Assembly: GCA_965116025.1 (NCBI GenBank)
Contig: OZ220480.1
Span: 64,001 to 128,000 of the forward strand
Source: an uncultured candidatus Porisulfidus sp.
GTDB lineage: Bacteria > Pseudomonadota > Gammaproteobacteria > Poriferisulfidales > Poriferisulfidaceae
DNA: 64,000 nt
Direction: 5' to 3'
Below the pieces are notes generated by a model. The model was given only the letters and a program-made list of their open reading frames with translations. It had not been told where the DNA came from and did not search any database. The translations under genes and the position numbers were made by a program. The stretch's first letter is position 1, and the number at the start of each line of letters is the position of its first letter. This document shows positions 1-10,641 of the stretch, one piece after another.

Positions 1-437
1 CGCTGCTCGAGCGCAAGTCGCGGCTGGTGCGCTTCAAGCGGTTGCCCCGGCGCTCGGCGCGCGCGGTGGCGGACGCGATCATCGGCATGCTGGCGCCGTT
101 GAAGGACCGGGTTCTGACCTTGACCTCGGACAATGGAACCGAGTTCGCGGATCACCGGCGGGTGGCGCGCCTCCTGGGCGCGGAGTTTTACTTCGCGGAT
201 CCGTATTCCTCTTGGCAGCGCGGGAGCAACGAGAACGCGAATGGGCTGATCCGGCAGTATTTCCCGAAGTCGCGGCGCTTCGACACGATCTCGGAGGAGG
301 AGGCGCGGGCGGTGGAGGACAGCCTGAACAACCGGCCTCGGCGCTGCTTGGGATGGCGCACGCCGAACGAGGCGTTTTTCGGAGCGGATTCGGAGGTGGT
401 TCGGGCCTGGCGAGAGGAGATGTCCCGGCTTTTGTAA
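1..437 (+). CDS. IS30-family transposase, C-terminal part (partial)
   Basis: Motifs TLTSDNGTEF, YFADPYSSWQRGSNENANGLIRQYFPK and LNNRPRRCLGWRTP. Confidence 0.93.
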   Translation, partial: LLERKSRLVRFKRLPRRSARAVADAIIGMLAPLKDRVLTLTSDNGTEFADHRRVARLLGAEFYFADPYSSWQRGSNENANGLIRQYFPKSRRFDTISEEEARAVEDSLNNRPRRCLGWRTPNEAFFGADSEVVRAWREEMSRLL

Positions 438-668
438 ATTCGAGTGGGCAGGTTGGCGCGGCGATGATTCGTCCGGGGAAGGCCAGCCTTCCCCGGACGG
501 AACGCGGCCGACTGTCGCCGGCTTCCCCCGACCCTCTCCCCCATCCTGCCGTTCTTCCCGTCCGGCGACCGACCCTCGCCGCCTTCCCCCGATCCTCTTC
601 GTCATCCTGCCGCTCTCGCCGCTCTCCACCGGGTTACAATGCTGTTGCACTTGAAAGTTGAAACTGGG
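1..668 (+). mobile_element. IS30-family insertion sequence, copy 1 (5' part outside the window)
   Basis: Near-identical to 22619-23950. Ends in the terminal IR TGTTGCACTTGAAAGTTGAAACTGGG (643-668). Confidence 0.93.
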
Positions 669-1343
669 CCCTCTCTTTTCCGCCAACTTGTTGACATCGA
701 TAATTTCTACCGGTGCCGTAAGGTCGGCACCCGCCGCGCTCGAGAACAAGCGGGCGGGCAAATCGCTCCTCAAGAATTCGCGCTCATGCTGCGCGGAGAG
801 TTGCTCATTCGGCGTCACCAGAATGACGTTGCTTGGCGAGCGGCCAGCCACGCGCGCCAAGCGAAGGTACTGCAGGATATGGGCATGCATGACCAGCGTT
901 TTGCCCGACCCGGTGGCGGACTGCACAGCGACGGCACGCATATCGTCGGCGGTGTATTCCGCCATCCCGCTGGTCATTCTTTTTTGCCTCATCGCGTTGA
1001 TCAGGTCGCCGCGCAAGGCTTCGGAGTCCTCGAAATAGCGGCGCAGATAGCGCTCCGCGAACAGCAAAGCCAGCCACTGATATGGTTTCCAACTCCGCCC
1101 TCGCGCGCCATCCATGCGCAACCGCCGACTCAGTGCCGCGATCTCAGCGCAATAGTCTTCAAGCCGGTCCGAGTCGACACCACCTCGACTCGAATAGATC
1201 CAGCTCGCGTATTCATTCTCCTTTCCTATGGAGAAATCGGCCGAAGCGCTCTTCAGCCTGTCTAGCATGGCGGCCAGACTGTCGTAGCCGAATTCTCGGC
1301 ATAGAAAGCGATGGAGAACGAGACGATTCTCGAGAGGCGTCAT
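669..1343 (-). pseudogene. res: Type III restriction-like DEAD-box helicase/endonuclease (Res), N-terminal 225 codons, interrupted by IS30
   Basis: Absent from the ORF track. My translation from ATG 1343 (ATGA overlap with the mod stop) reads MTPLENRLVLHRFLCREFG...KPYQWLALLFAERYL...AVQSATGSGKTLVMHAHILQY...VILVTPNEQLSAQH...IDVNKLAEKRG, containing Walker A and motif Ia, then enters the IS IR at 668. Confidence 0.82.
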
Positions 1344-4300
1344 GAGAGCGCCGACCTTTCGGCCTCCGCGGCATCTCGTTCGTTGGAATCGAACATCCAC
1401 GCGCGAAACAGGGGCTCTATGCTCTCGGCGGTCCAAGTCTCGCCGGCTTGCCGGACCGCGCGCAGGGTGTGATCTCCATTGGTGTAGATCACGTCTGGAG
1501 AATCCAGGACGCGCGCTCGGTTGTCTACGAGCCAGCGCTCAAGCGCGTCGTTGTCAGTCGTCTCCAAGTTGCGCCACAGCACGAGACAACGCTGGCCTAG
1601 CGGATCCTCTCCAGCGATGGCGAGAACGCCATCGATGCGGCGGCGGAACTCGACGCGCAAGCCGAGCAGAAAGTTGAAAGTCTCTGGCAGATCAACTGAT
1701 GTCTCGCGGCGCGCGCCGTCGCGTGCGATCGAGAGTTTGTAGGAGAAAGGGTTCACGAAATTTTTCCCCAGCAGACAGGCGCTGCGGGCGGTCTCGGCAC
1801 CCAGCGCGTAGCGCAAGCGGTAGTCTTCGGCCAGCTTGGGCTCGAGCTTCGCGAGCAAATCCTCTTTTGGCGGAATCACGACCAACCCGTCCAGCGTGTC
1901 CTCGTAGGATTCGAGGCGAACGTATTTGATGAGTTGCGAAACGCCCTCGCCGCGCGACAGAGGCTTGCCACCTTTCCAGTCCGGCGCGTAGACGATTTTC
2001 TTGAGCCGCGGCAACATCACCGTGTCGAAATGATCTCCCATCTCGACGAGGATATACTTTCGATGCCCTCCGTCCTCGCGGTTGAGGTTAATCACCGCAT
2101 GCCCGGTGGTGCCAGAACCGGCGAAGTAGTCGAGCACGATTCCTGACCGCTCGCATCTCAAGGAAGCGTCCACGCAGTCTCTGACGGTGTAGATAGACTT
2201 GGGAAACGTGAAATCGTTGTCTCCCAAGACTTCATTGAGTATCCTGCTTCCCCAGGAATTGGCGGAATACCGCGCTCCCGTCCACACCGTCTTGTAGTTG
2301 AAACGCTCTTTTTTCCGCAGAATGTCCCATTCGCCAGATTTGGCGTCCTGTTTCGGGAACAGCTCGGCTTTGATATCCTCAACGCTTTGGCGGGCGAAAA
2401 CCCACTTTCGCTCAGTGCCAGACGCATCGATCGGATAAACCTCAATCACCCCATCGTCTCGAACGACGTTCCTGCTCGCTGGATGAAAGTCGTCCGGGCA
2501 AACGTCGCCGAAGCCGGCGATTTCGCCATCACGCAAAAAAACCGGATAAAAGCAATTCGCGGCATCACCGCGCAAATGCGAGCCTTTGCTCACATCGCGA
2601 AAAGGGCGGATATCCGGCTTCTCGCGTTTCTGCAGGCCTATGCTTCGCTCATCTCTGGAATAGAGGAAATAGGCATACTCGTGGGTGGACGAGAAGTTAT
2701 TTCCTTGCTGACCGGTCGCGTTGTGCACGACGGTCACGCAAGTCTTCGCCCGATCATGAAACACCGACCTCAGAAGACACCCGAGATATTCTTGCTCCAC
2801 CTCGTCAATGGCTACGACCACGACCGCTCGATCCGATTCGAAAGATCTCGCTTTCGCCATTCGGTTTTCAACGAATGACAGCCACGTCGAATCTCGATAC
2901 GAGTTTTTATACAGAATTTCGGACGATTGAGCATTGTATGGCGGATCGATGTACACGCAACGCACCTGCTTCGCGTACCGCTTCCGCAACAAGTTGAGCG
3001 CCTGGAAATTCTCGCCATGAACCAACAGCCCATCCGTTCGCTCATCCAGCGACCCAGATTCGGAAAGGGCCGCCAGCAATCGATCCTTGAAGTCCCCGTC
3101 AAAGTGCCGCGTGTCGAGCGCGAGGCTCTGGTGGGACCGCAAGAACGCGACGCTCAGAGGCTCACTGTAGCCAGCCCCGCCGCTTGACGGATCGCTTGTG
3201 GCTTCCTCGTCAATGGCGAACAGCTCCACCCATTCCTCTCGCTGGGCGTCGTTGGCGGCGATTTCCGAATAGAGCTCTATGGGAACCCGGTCCAGCGTCA
3301 CACACCACTGAGTTTCCAGGACGAACTTCTTCTTAAGCCAGAGCCGCTTCTGGAAGCCTTCGATCAGCGTCAGAAGATCAATGATCTTTCCTCCAATATG
3401 GCGGACGGCGCGCATGCGCGCCAGCGTCTGGCGCAATTGGTCATCGTCGCTCATCGACAAATCGTCCACGTTCAGCACGTCGGTCTTCAGATACATATCG
3501 AGCTCGCGACGAAGAAAACCGCCAAGATCCTTGTGGATGAAATAGTCAAAGCTGTTCTTCGCCGTGTAGCGCGCGACATGCTTCGCCAGTAAAACGCGCT
3601 CTGGATCAGCGTCGGTCGGAACGGACGCGCTCAGCGAAGGAATCCAATCCGGAACCAATCGCTTCGCCGAATCCAAAATTCGCGCCACCGCTTCCTTGTC
3701 TATTTGATGCTGCTGGTGGATGCCGTTGCTCTTCCAGCGATTCTTCTCCGCGTCGGTGAGCGGGCGGTGCTCGAAGCGAACGATCAGATGGTCGCCATCG
3801 AGATGAATGGCGGATTCATCCTTCGCCAGCACGAAGCGCCGCTGCCTGCCGTTGGCTTCCTTGATATCGTCTCTCTCGTTGTCCGCCGCCACGACATCAA
3901 AGCAGACGCGACGCGCGGGTTCCTCCGATCCGATCAGGAAAGCGTAGGAAGCGTAGTTTTCGGTGGTCTTGATGTAATATTGGTCGGCGTTAGCCCAATG
4001 CAGCCTCACTTCCTCGCCATCGTATGGGATCAGGTAGGTGGGCCGCCCGCCGCTTGAGTAACGCCGCAAGGTCATGAAATCGCCTTCGTGATAGTAACGC
4101 CCGAAGAACGTGGCGAGGTGGTTATAGACATCGGTCTCGGCCTCCGAATCGGCTCTCGCCGCCGCCAGCCTCGCGCGCAACTTCCGCACCGTCTCGCTGT
4201 CCTCTACAGGCACGCCGAGCTCTCTAAGCGTTTTCAGCGCCCTAGCGAGCTCGGCTTCGACCAACGCTCGCTCCTCTTCCGAGGCTCCCGCCACGAACTC

Positions 4301-4519
4301 CCTCACTTGGGGCAGGAGATCATGGTCAAGGAACGCGTTGATCTCGTCCGCCTTTCGGTTCATCACACGGTACAGGCCGAAATCCAGATCTCCTCGGTCG
4401 AGCTCGAGGATTTCCCGCAACAATTTTTTCAGCCGCTCAAAAGAATCTTCCGCTCGCCGGACGCGGGCCGCGCGTCCTCCAGGTGTCGCTTGTTCCGATG
4501 CGGCCATAATGGTATGCAC
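1340..4519 (-). CDS. mod: Site-specific adenine DNA methyltransferase, type III Mod-like (1059 aa)
   Basis: CVYIDPPYN catalytic motif, VLDYFAGSGTTGHA SAM-binding motif, DLDFGLYR N-terminus; translationally coupled to the helicase gene. Confidence 0.88.
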   Translation of the reverse strand: MHTIMAASEQATPGGRAARVRRAEDSFERLKKLLREILELDRGDLDFGLYRVMNRKADEINAFLDHDLLPQVREFVAGASEEERALVEAELARALKTLRELGVPVEDSETVRKLRARLAAARADSEAETDVYNHLATFFGRYYHEGDFMTLRRYSSGGRPTYLIPYDGEEVRLHWANADQYYIKTTENYASYAFLIGSEEPARRVCFDVVAADNERDDIKEANGRQRRFVLAKDESAIHLDGDHLIVRFEHRPLTDAEKNRWKSNGIHQQHQIDKEAVARILDSAKRLVPDWIPSLSASVPTDADPERVLLAKHVARYTAKNSFDYFIHKDLGGFLRRELDMYLKTDVLNVDDLSMSDDDQLRQTLARMRAVRHIGGKIIDLLTLIEGFQKRLWLKKKFVLETQWCVTLDRVPIELYSEIAANDAQREEWVELFAIDEEATSDPSSGGAGYSEPLSVAFLRSHQSLALDTRHFDGDFKDRLLAALSESGSLDERTDGLLVHGENFQALNLLRKRYAKQVRCVYIDPPYNAQSSEILYKNSYRDSTWLSFVENRMAKARSFESDRAVVVVAIDEVEQEYLGCLLRSVFHDRAKTCVTVVHNATGQQGNNFSSTHEYAYFLYSRDERSIGLQKREKPDIRPFRDVSKGSHLRGDAANCFYPVFLRDGEIAGFGDVCPDDFHPASRNVVRDDGVIEVYPIDASGTERKWVFARQSVEDIKAELFPKQDAKSGEWDILRKKERFNYKTVWTGARYSANSWGSRILNEVLGDNDFTFPKSIYTVRDCVDASLRCERSGIVLDYFAGSGTTGHAVINLNREDGGHRKYILVEMGDHFDTVMLPRLKKIVYAPDWKGGKPLSRGEGVSQLIKYVRLESYEDTLDGLVVIPPKEDLLAKLEPKLAEDYRLRYALGAETARSACLLGKNFVNPFSYKLSIARDGARRETSVDLPETFNFLLGLRVEFRRRIDGVLAIAGEDPLGQRCLVLWRNLETTDNDALERWLVDNRARVLDSPDVIYTNGDHTLRAVRQAGETWTAESIEPLFRAWMFDSNERDAAEAERSALS

Positions 4520-4643
4520 GTGATCGAGAACGGCCAGAGCAGCGTCATTAGCATCCCTCTCGATAAGGAGTTCCGCCCAGTGTCGCTGATGGTCTTATTC
4601 TACCGAATCACTGGTCCTCCCAATATGCCCGCCTGGTCAACTC

Positions 4644-5417
4644 CTACCGAAAGATCCGCCGGAAAAACGCCCGCACGCTCTCGGTCGAGCGCCGGTCAGC
4701 TTCGGGATCGTATCGCAACGCCTCAATACCGTAACGCCCGGCGTCTGGATTGGTGAAGCCGTGGCGCGCGCCATCGTGACCGTGGAACTCGTATTCGACC
4801 CCGGCCTCGTCCAGCGCCGCGCGAAACGCGAGAACCCGCTCGCGCGGAACGACCGGGTCATCGTTCCCGTGCTCGACCAGAATCGCGGCCCGGATCGCCC
4901 TCGCCTGATCTTCGGTGGCGGGCGGCAGCGAGCCGTGCAGGCTGACCACGCCTTGGATATCCGCGCCGCTGTAGGCGAGCTGCATCACGGTCGCGCCGCC
5001 GAAGCAATAGCCGACCGCGGCGATTCTGTTTCCGTCCGTCAGCTCATGGGCGCGCAACAGCTTGATGCCGCGCCGCGCGCGCTTTCGCCAATCCGCGACA
5101 TCGGCGGTGACCATCCCCATCCATTCCCTGGCTCGCTCTGGGTGCTCGGTGACCTTTCCCGCGCCGTACATGTCCATAGCGAAAGCGACGTAGCCATCGG
5201 CGGCCATTCGCCGCGCCCGCGAGCGCGCATGCTCGTTCAGCCCCCACCATTCGTGCACCACCAAGACGCCGGGACGCCGGGCGGAATGGCCGTCGTCGTA
5301 GTAGACGTAGCCCCGGTGCGGAGCGCCGTCGAGATCGAAATCGACGGGCTCCTCGACGATATCGGCCGCCGCCACGCCACAGACCAGCAGGCAAAGCGTC
5401 GGCAGGACCGCTCTCAT
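4644..5417 (-). CDS. Dienelactone hydrolase family protein with signal peptide
   Basis: VVHEWWGLN, nucleophile elbow GYCFGG, ARHGFTNP; start overlaps the gatB stop. Confidence 0.88.
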   Translation of the reverse strand: MRAVLPTLCLLVCGVAAADIVEEPVDFDLDGAPHRGYVYYDDGHSARRPGVLVVHEWWGLNEHARSRARRMAADGYVAFAMDMYGAGKVTEHPERAREWMGMVTADVADWRKRARRGIKLLRAHELTDGNRIAAVGYCFGGATVMQLAYSGADIQGVVSLHGSLPPATEDQARAIRAAILVEHGNDDPVVPRERVLAFRAALDEAGVEYEFHGHDGARHGFTNPDAGRYGIEALRYDPEADRRSTESVRAFFRRIFR

Positions 5418-6883
5418 TCGCCTTCCCCTCGCGTCCCATCATCCGGATTCGGCCGAAGCGTCTCGCGTAGCCGCTCGCTGACCCGCCTCGGATCAGCCTT
5501 GCCTCCCGACATCCTCATCGCCTGCCCGACGAAGAATCCGAGCAACCGATCCTCGCCGGCGCGATACCGCGCCACCTCGTCGGGATGTCGCTCGATGACC
5601 TGGCGGATCCACTGATCCAGATCGGCGCCCTCGCCGATCTGGCGCAACCCTCGCGCTTCGATGATCTCCTCGGCCTCGCCCTCGCCACGCCACATCGCGT
5701 CCAGCACCTCTTTCGCCGCGCTACTGGAAACGGTGCGGTCGTCGACGCGCCTGAGCAACCGCGCCAGCGATTCCGCGGACACCGGCGGCTCGGCCGCCCC
5801 GGCCGAGCTCTTGCGCATGCGGGCGAAAACCTCGCCGGTGATCCAGCGGGCCGCGGCGGTCGCGCGAGCGCCGGCCTCGACGACCGCCTCGAAATAATCG
5901 GCCCAGTTTCGACTCCGCGCCAGCGCCGCGGCCAGATCGGGATCCAGCGCATGCCGCTCGATCCACCGGTCCTTGCGAGACTGAGGCAACTCTGGAATCG
6001 ATCTGGCCAGTTCTTCCCGCATCGCCTCGTCGACGACGACCGGCAACAGGTCCGGGTCAGGAAAGTACCGGTAATCGTCCGCGCGCTCCTTGACGCGCAT
6101 CGGGCGAGTGCGGTCGCTTTCCGGGTCGTACTGCCGGGTTTCCTGTATGATCGTCCGACCGCTCTCCAAGGCATCGATCTGACGCTCCCGCTCGTAGCGC
6201 AACGCGCGCTCGACGAAGCGGAAGGAATTAATATTCTTGATCTCGACCTTGACGCCCAGCTCCGACTCGCCCGCGCGGCGCACGGAGACGTTCGCGTCGC
6301 AACGAAACGAGCCCTGCTCCATGTTTCCGTCGCAGATCTCCAGGAACGTCACGATGCCGTGCAGAGCGCGCATGTAGGCGGACGCCTCCTCGGGAGAGCG
6401 CATTCGCGGCTCCGAAACGATCTCCATCAACGGCACGCCAGCGCGGTTGAGGTCCACCGCGCTCTCCCCACCGAGTCCCTCGTGCAGCAGCTTGCCAGCG
6501 TCTTCCTCCAGATGCGCCCGGGTCAGCGCGATCCGGCGGCGGGCTCCGTCCGGGAGCTCGATCTCGACCGAGCCGCCCTCGACGATCGGCGCCTCGTACT
6601 GGCTGATCTGATAGCCGCGCGGGAGATCCGGATAAAAGTAGTTCTTTCGCTCGAAGACGCAAGGCGAGCGGATCTCCGCTCCGACCGCGAGCCCGAACCG
6701 GACGGCCATGCGAATGGCCTCGCGGTTGACCGTCGGCAACACGCCCGGCAGCGCCAAGTCGATGCCGCAGGCCTGGCGGTTCGGCTCCGCCCCGTACCGC
6801 GTCGAGGCGGTGGAGAACAGCTTGCTCCGGGTCGACAGCTGGGCATGGACCTCCAGCCCGATCACGGTCTCCCACGCGCTCAC
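5414..6883 (-). CDS. gatB: Asp/Glu-tRNA(Asn/Gln) amidotransferase subunit B
   Basis: True start is GTG 6883 ([16 protein letters not shown]). Motifs [35 protein letters not shown]. Confidence 0.97.
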   Translation of the reverse strand: MSAWETVIGLEVHAQLSTRSKLFSTASTRYGAEPNRQACGIDLALPGVLPTVNREAIRMAVRFGLAVGAEIRSPCVFERKNYFYPDLPRGYQISQYEAPIVEGGSVEIELPDGARRRIALTRAHLEEDAGKLLHEGLGGESAVDLNRAGVPLMEIVSEPRMRSPEEASAYMRALHGIVTFLEICDGNMEQGSFRCDANVSVRRAGESELGVKVEIKNINSFRFVERALRYERERQIDALESGRTIIQETRQYDPESDRTRPMRVKERADDYRYFPDPDLLPVVVDEAMREELARSIPELPQSRKDRWIERHALDPDLAAALARSRNWADYFEAVVEAGARATAAARWITGEVFARMRKSSAGAAEPPVSAESLARLLRRVDDRTVSSSAAKEVLDAMWRGEGEAEEIIEARGLRQIGEGADLDQWIRQVIERHPDEVARYRAGEDRLLGFFVGQAMRMSGGKADPRRVSERLRETLRPNPDDGTRGEGE

Positions 6884-8334
6884 GCGAACCCCGGCGGCGC
6901 CTGTCGGTGCCAGTCCGTCTCCCGCTGCCAAGCGGCGCCCAGGCTCAGCAGGCGCCCCTCCTCGAAATAGTTCCCGATCAACTGCGCGCCGGTCGGCAGG
7001 CCCTCCACCGGTCGCGTCGGCAACGACAGCGCCGGCAGGCCCGCGAGATTGATCGGAACGGTATAGCGGTCCATCTGGTACATCGCGACCGGATCCCGCG
7101 TCTTCTCGCCAAGCCGGAACGGAAAGGTCGGCGAGACCGGGGCCGCGATCGCGTCGACCGTCTCGAACGCCCGCTGGAAATCCTGCTGGATCAAGCGCCG
7201 GGCGCGCCGGGCGCGGTCGTAGTACGCGTCGCGATAGCCCGCGGACAAGGCGTAAGTCCCAGCCATGACGCGGCGGCGCGTCTCCGCGCCGAAGCCCTCC
7301 TCGCGCGAGCGGCAGAACAAGTCTTCCAGATCCGCCGGATCCTGGCAACGATGCCCGTAGCGCACGCCGTCGTAGCGCGCCAGATTGGAAGAGCACTCGG
7401 CCATGGCGATCACGTAGTAGGCCGGCGTGGCGAGCGACAGGTTCGGCAACGAGATATCGACCAGCCCGGCGCCCAGCGCTTCCCAGGTCTTGACGGCCTC
7501 CTCCACGGACTCCCGGATCCGCTCGTCCAGCCGAGCGTCGAAAAACTCCTTAGGGAGCCCAAGGCGCATGCCCTCAGGCGAGCGCGTCATCTCCTGACCG
7601 TAGTCCGGCACGGGGCGCTCCACGCTGGTCGAGTCGCGGGGATCGAATCCCGCCATCGCGCCGAGCAGGTCGGCGCAGTCCTCGACGCTCACGCCCAGCG
7701 CGCCGCCCTGGTCCAGGCTCGAGGCGTAAGCCACCATCCCGAAACGCGAGACCCGCCCATAGGTGGGCTTCAGACCGGTCACGCCGCAAAACGCGGCCGG
7801 CTGCCGGATCGAACCACCCGTGTCGGTCGCGGTGGCCACCGGAGCCAAGCGCGCCGCCACGGCGGCGGCCGAGCCCCCGCTGGAGCCGCCCGGGACCCGC
7901 TCTGGATCCCAAGGGTTGCGAACCGGACCATAGTAGCTGGTCTCGCTGGACGAGCCCATTCCGAACTCGTCCATATTCGTCTTGCCTAGCATCACCATGC
8001 CGGCCGTCTCCAGCCGCTCCACGACCGCCGCGTCGTACGGGGAGACGAACGCGTCCAGCATGCGCGATCCGCAACTGGTCCGCGCGCCGCGCGCGCAGAA
8101 GATGTCCTTGTGCGCCAGCGGGAGCCCGGTCAGCGGTCCGGCTTCCCCCGCGGCGCGCGCGCGGTCCGCCGCCTCGGCCCGCGCCAAGGCCCGCTCCTCC
8201 GTCACCGTGATGAAACTGTTGAGTTCCGCGTCGCGCGCCCGGATGCGGTCGAGATAGAGCCGCGTCAACTCGACGCTGGACACGTCCCCGGCGCGCAGCG
8301 CCCGCGCCTGCTCGCGCAAGGTACGCTCGAGCAT
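6880..8334 (-). CDS. gatA: Amidotransferase subunit A
   Basis: [51 protein letters not shown]. Confidence 0.97.
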   Translation of the reverse strand: MLERTLREQARALRAGDVSSVELTRLYLDRIRARDAELNSFITVTEERALARAEAADRARAAGEAGPLTGLPLAHKDIFCARGARTSCGSRMLDAFVSPYDAAVVERLETAGMVMLGKTNMDEFGMGSSSETSYYGPVRNPWDPERVPGGSSGGSAAAVAARLAPVATATDTGGSIRQPAAFCGVTGLKPTYGRVSRFGMVAYASSLDQGGALGVSVEDCADLLGAMAGFDPRDSTSVERPVPDYGQEMTRSPEGMRLGLPKEFFDARLDERIRESVEEAVKTWEALGAGLVDISLPNLSLATPAYYVIAMAECSSNLARYDGVRYGHRCQDPADLEDLFCRSREEGFGAETRRRVMAGTYALSAGYRDAYYDRARRARRLIQQDFQRAFETVDAIAAPVSPTFPFRLGEKTRDPVAMYQMDRYTVPINLAGLPALSLPTRPVEGLPTGAQLIGNYFEEGRLLSLGAAWQRETDWHRQAPPGFA

Positions 8335-8627
8335 CAGCCGGAATCCAGCACCGAGGGGACCCGGTACAGGCCCGCGCGCGCGTCCGGAGCGAGCGCCTGA
8401 TAGTCCTCCCGCCGATCCGGCTCGGTCACCGCGTCCTCGCGCAAGCGCTGAGTGATCTCGAGCGGATGCGCCAGCGGCTCCACGCCCTCGACGTTCGCCT
8501 CTTCGAGCAAAGCGAAAAACTCCAGAATCGCCTCCATATCGCGGATCAGTCCCTCCTCTTCCAAAGCGGCGGGGCGGAGGCGAGCGAGCCGCGCGATGGC
8601 GCGCGCGGTGTCGACGGTCAAGTCCAT
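8334..8627 (-). CDS. gatC: Amidotransferase subunit C
   Basis: IARLARL...VEPLAHP...[10 protein letters not shown]...LYRVPSV; first gene of the gatCAB operon. Confidence 0.93.
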   Translation of the reverse strand: MDLTVDTARAIARLARLRPAALEEEGLIRDMEAILEFFALLEEANVEGVEPLAHPLEITQRLREDAVTEPDRREDYQALAPDARAGLYRVPSVLDSG

Positions 8628-8734
8628 GGGCGAGACGGGTTTTCGGGCGCCGCGAGGCGGCGAGTTGCTTTAAAGTATAGCCGGGAAGCGGGAAGGTATG
8701 CTAAATTGGCGCCGCGAAACTTCAGGAAGCCTCC

Positions 8735-9772
8735 ATGTTCCGGCATCTTTTCCGCAATGACATGTCCATCGATCTGGGCACGGCGAACACGCTGGTGTGC
8801 GTCCCGGGCGAAGGCGTGGTGCTGAACGAGCCCTCGGTGGTGGCGATCCGCAAATATACGTCCCAGAACAAGCCGCTGGTCGAGGCCGTCGGCAGCGACG
8901 CCAAGCTCATGCTTGGCCGGCACGCGCAGAACATCGAGGTGGTGCGACCCTTGCGCGACGGAGTGGTCGCCGACTTCGCGACCGCCGAGAAGATGCTTCA
9001 GTTCTTCATCCGCAAGGCCAACCGGAGACGGCTGCTCAACCTTGGCCCACGAGTGCTGGTCTGCGTGCCCGTCGGCGCCACCCCGGTCGAGCGCCGGGCG
9101 ATCCAAGGTGCCGCGGAGGCGGCCGGAGCGCGCAAGGTCTACCTCTACGCGGAACCGTTGCTGGCCGCGCTGGGCGCGGGCCTGAACATCTCAGAGCCCA
9201 AAGGCCACTTCATTCTGGACATCGGCGGCGGCACGTCGGAGGTCGCGGTGCTCTCGCTCAACGATATCGTGCACGCCGACTCCTTGCGCACGGCCGGAGA
9301 TCACTTCAACGAGAACATCATGGAATACGTGCGAACCGAGTGCAGATTGCTGATCGGCGAGGCGACCGCGGAGCAGATCAAGCACCGGATCGGCAGCGCC
9401 TATCCCCCGCAAACGGTCGAGGAGATGGACGTGAGCGGCCGCGACGCGGCCGAAGGCAATCCGCGCACCATCACCGTCAACAGCAGCCAGATCAACGAGG
9501 CCATGCGGGAGCCGTTGCAAACAATCCTGAACAAGGTCCACGCCGTGCTGGAGGTGACCCCGCCCGACCTGACCGCGGATATCATGGAGCACGGAATCGT
9601 GGTCACCGGCGGCGGCGCGATGCTGACCGGCATCGACGAGCTGCTCCGGCAGGAAGTCAAGGTTCCCGTCGTCATCGCCGACGAGCCCCTGCATTGCGTG
9701 GCGCGCGGCGGGAGCAGGGCTCTGGAAGACAACATCGAGCTTCGGCAGGATTCCCAAGCCTTCGCGCGGTGA
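8735..9772 (+). CDS. mreB: Rod shape-determining protein MreB
   Basis: SIDLGTANTL, LNEPSVVAI, DIGGGTSEVAV, TGGGAML. Confidence 0.97.
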   Translation: MFRHLFRNDMSIDLGTANTLVCVPGEGVVLNEPSVVAIRKYTSQNKPLVEAVGSDAKLMLGRHAQNIEVVRPLRDGVVADFATAEKMLQFFIRKANRRRLLNLGPRVLVCVPVGATPVERRAIQGAAEAAGARKVYLYAEPLLAALGAGLNISEPKGHFILDIGGGTSEVAVLSLNDIVHADSLRTAGDHFNENIMEYVRTECRLLIGEATAEQIKHRIGSAYPPQTVEEMDVSGRDAAEGNPRTITVNSSQINEAMREPLQTILNKVHAVLEVTPPDLTADIMEHGIVVTGGGAMLTGIDELLRQEVKVPVVIADEPLHCVARGGSRALEDNIELRQDSQAFAR

Positions 9773-9777
9773 CCCGG

Positions 9778-10641
9778 ATGCCTGGCGGGCGGTTCGGCCG
9801 GGCCGCGCGGCCCAACACCGACATGCTCCGGACCCGGCTGATCGTCAGCCTGGTCGCGGCCGTCATGCTGGCTGGCGTGGATCACCGCTACGCCGTGGTC
9901 GACCGAGCGGCCCCCCTGGTCAACCTCGTCCTCCTGCCCATCACCAAGGCCGCGACCTTGCCCGCGGATCTGTTCGAATGGGTCTCCCGCCATTACCGAG
10001 GCGTCCAGGAACTGACCGAGGAGAACCGGGAGATCCGGAGGCAATTGCTGGAGAATTCCTTTCGCGTGGAAGCCCTGGACGCGCTGAAGAAGGAGAACCA
10101 GCGCCTGCGCGCCTTGGCGCGGCTGGAAATCGAGGAGGGCGAGCGTAAGACGCGAGTCGCCGAGGTCACGAAAGACAACACCCACGCGTTCCGCCAAACC
10201 ATCGCCGTCAACCGCGGCTCCCGCGACGATGTCTACGTCGGCCAGCCGGTGATGGACGAGCGCGGCATCGTCGGCCAGATCACGGCAACCGGCCTGTTCC
10301 AGTCCACCGTCTTGCTGATCACCGACGTCAGCCATGCCCTGCTGGCGCGCAACGCGCGCACCGGCGACCGATATCTGGCGCACGGAAACGGGCAAGGGCT
10401 GACCCTTCGGTACGTGCCGCGCCACAACGATCTTGAGCCCGGCGACATCCTGCTGACCTCGGGCCTCGACGACACCTATCCCGGACAGCACATGGTGGGC
10501 CGGGTCACGCGGGTCACCGCCCAGCCGGGCAGAGACTTCCTGGAAGCGGACGTCCAGGCCGCCGCGCAACTGCATCGGAACCGGGAGGTGCTCTTGGTCT
10601 GGTACCGAAAACCCGCGAGAGGGGCCGACCATGCGGATTGA
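9778..10641 (+). CDS. mreC: Rod shape-determining protein MreC
   Basis: TM segment then coiled coil (LKKENQRLR), VNRGSRDDVYVGQPV, GDILLTSGLD. Start is 9778 or 9823; the 614-aa ORF call is over-extended. Confidence 0.92.
   Translation: MPGGRFGRAARPNTDMLRTRLIVSLVAAVMLAGVDHRYAVVDRAAPLVNLVLLPITKAATLPADLFEWVSRHYRGVQELTEENREIRRQLLENSFRVEALDALKKENQRLRALARLEIEEGERKTRVAEVTKDNTHAFRQTIAVNRGSRDDVYVGQPVMDERGIVGQITATGLFQSTVLLITDVSHALLARNARTGDRYLAHGNGQGLTLRYVPRHNDLEPGDILLTSGLDDTYPGQHMVGRVTRVTAQPGRDFLEADVQAAAQLHRNREVLLVWYRKPARGADHAD

Noticed and set aside
639-1265. 208-aa + strand ORF
   Set aside because: Antisense to the res fragment, which carries clear helicase motifs.
5414-7396. 660-aa GatB with an N-terminal extension
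   Set aside because: The extension is an alternate frame of gatA; GatB homology starts at GTG 6883.
8797-10641. 614-aa MreC
   Set aside because: The first ~325 codons overlap mreB out of frame.
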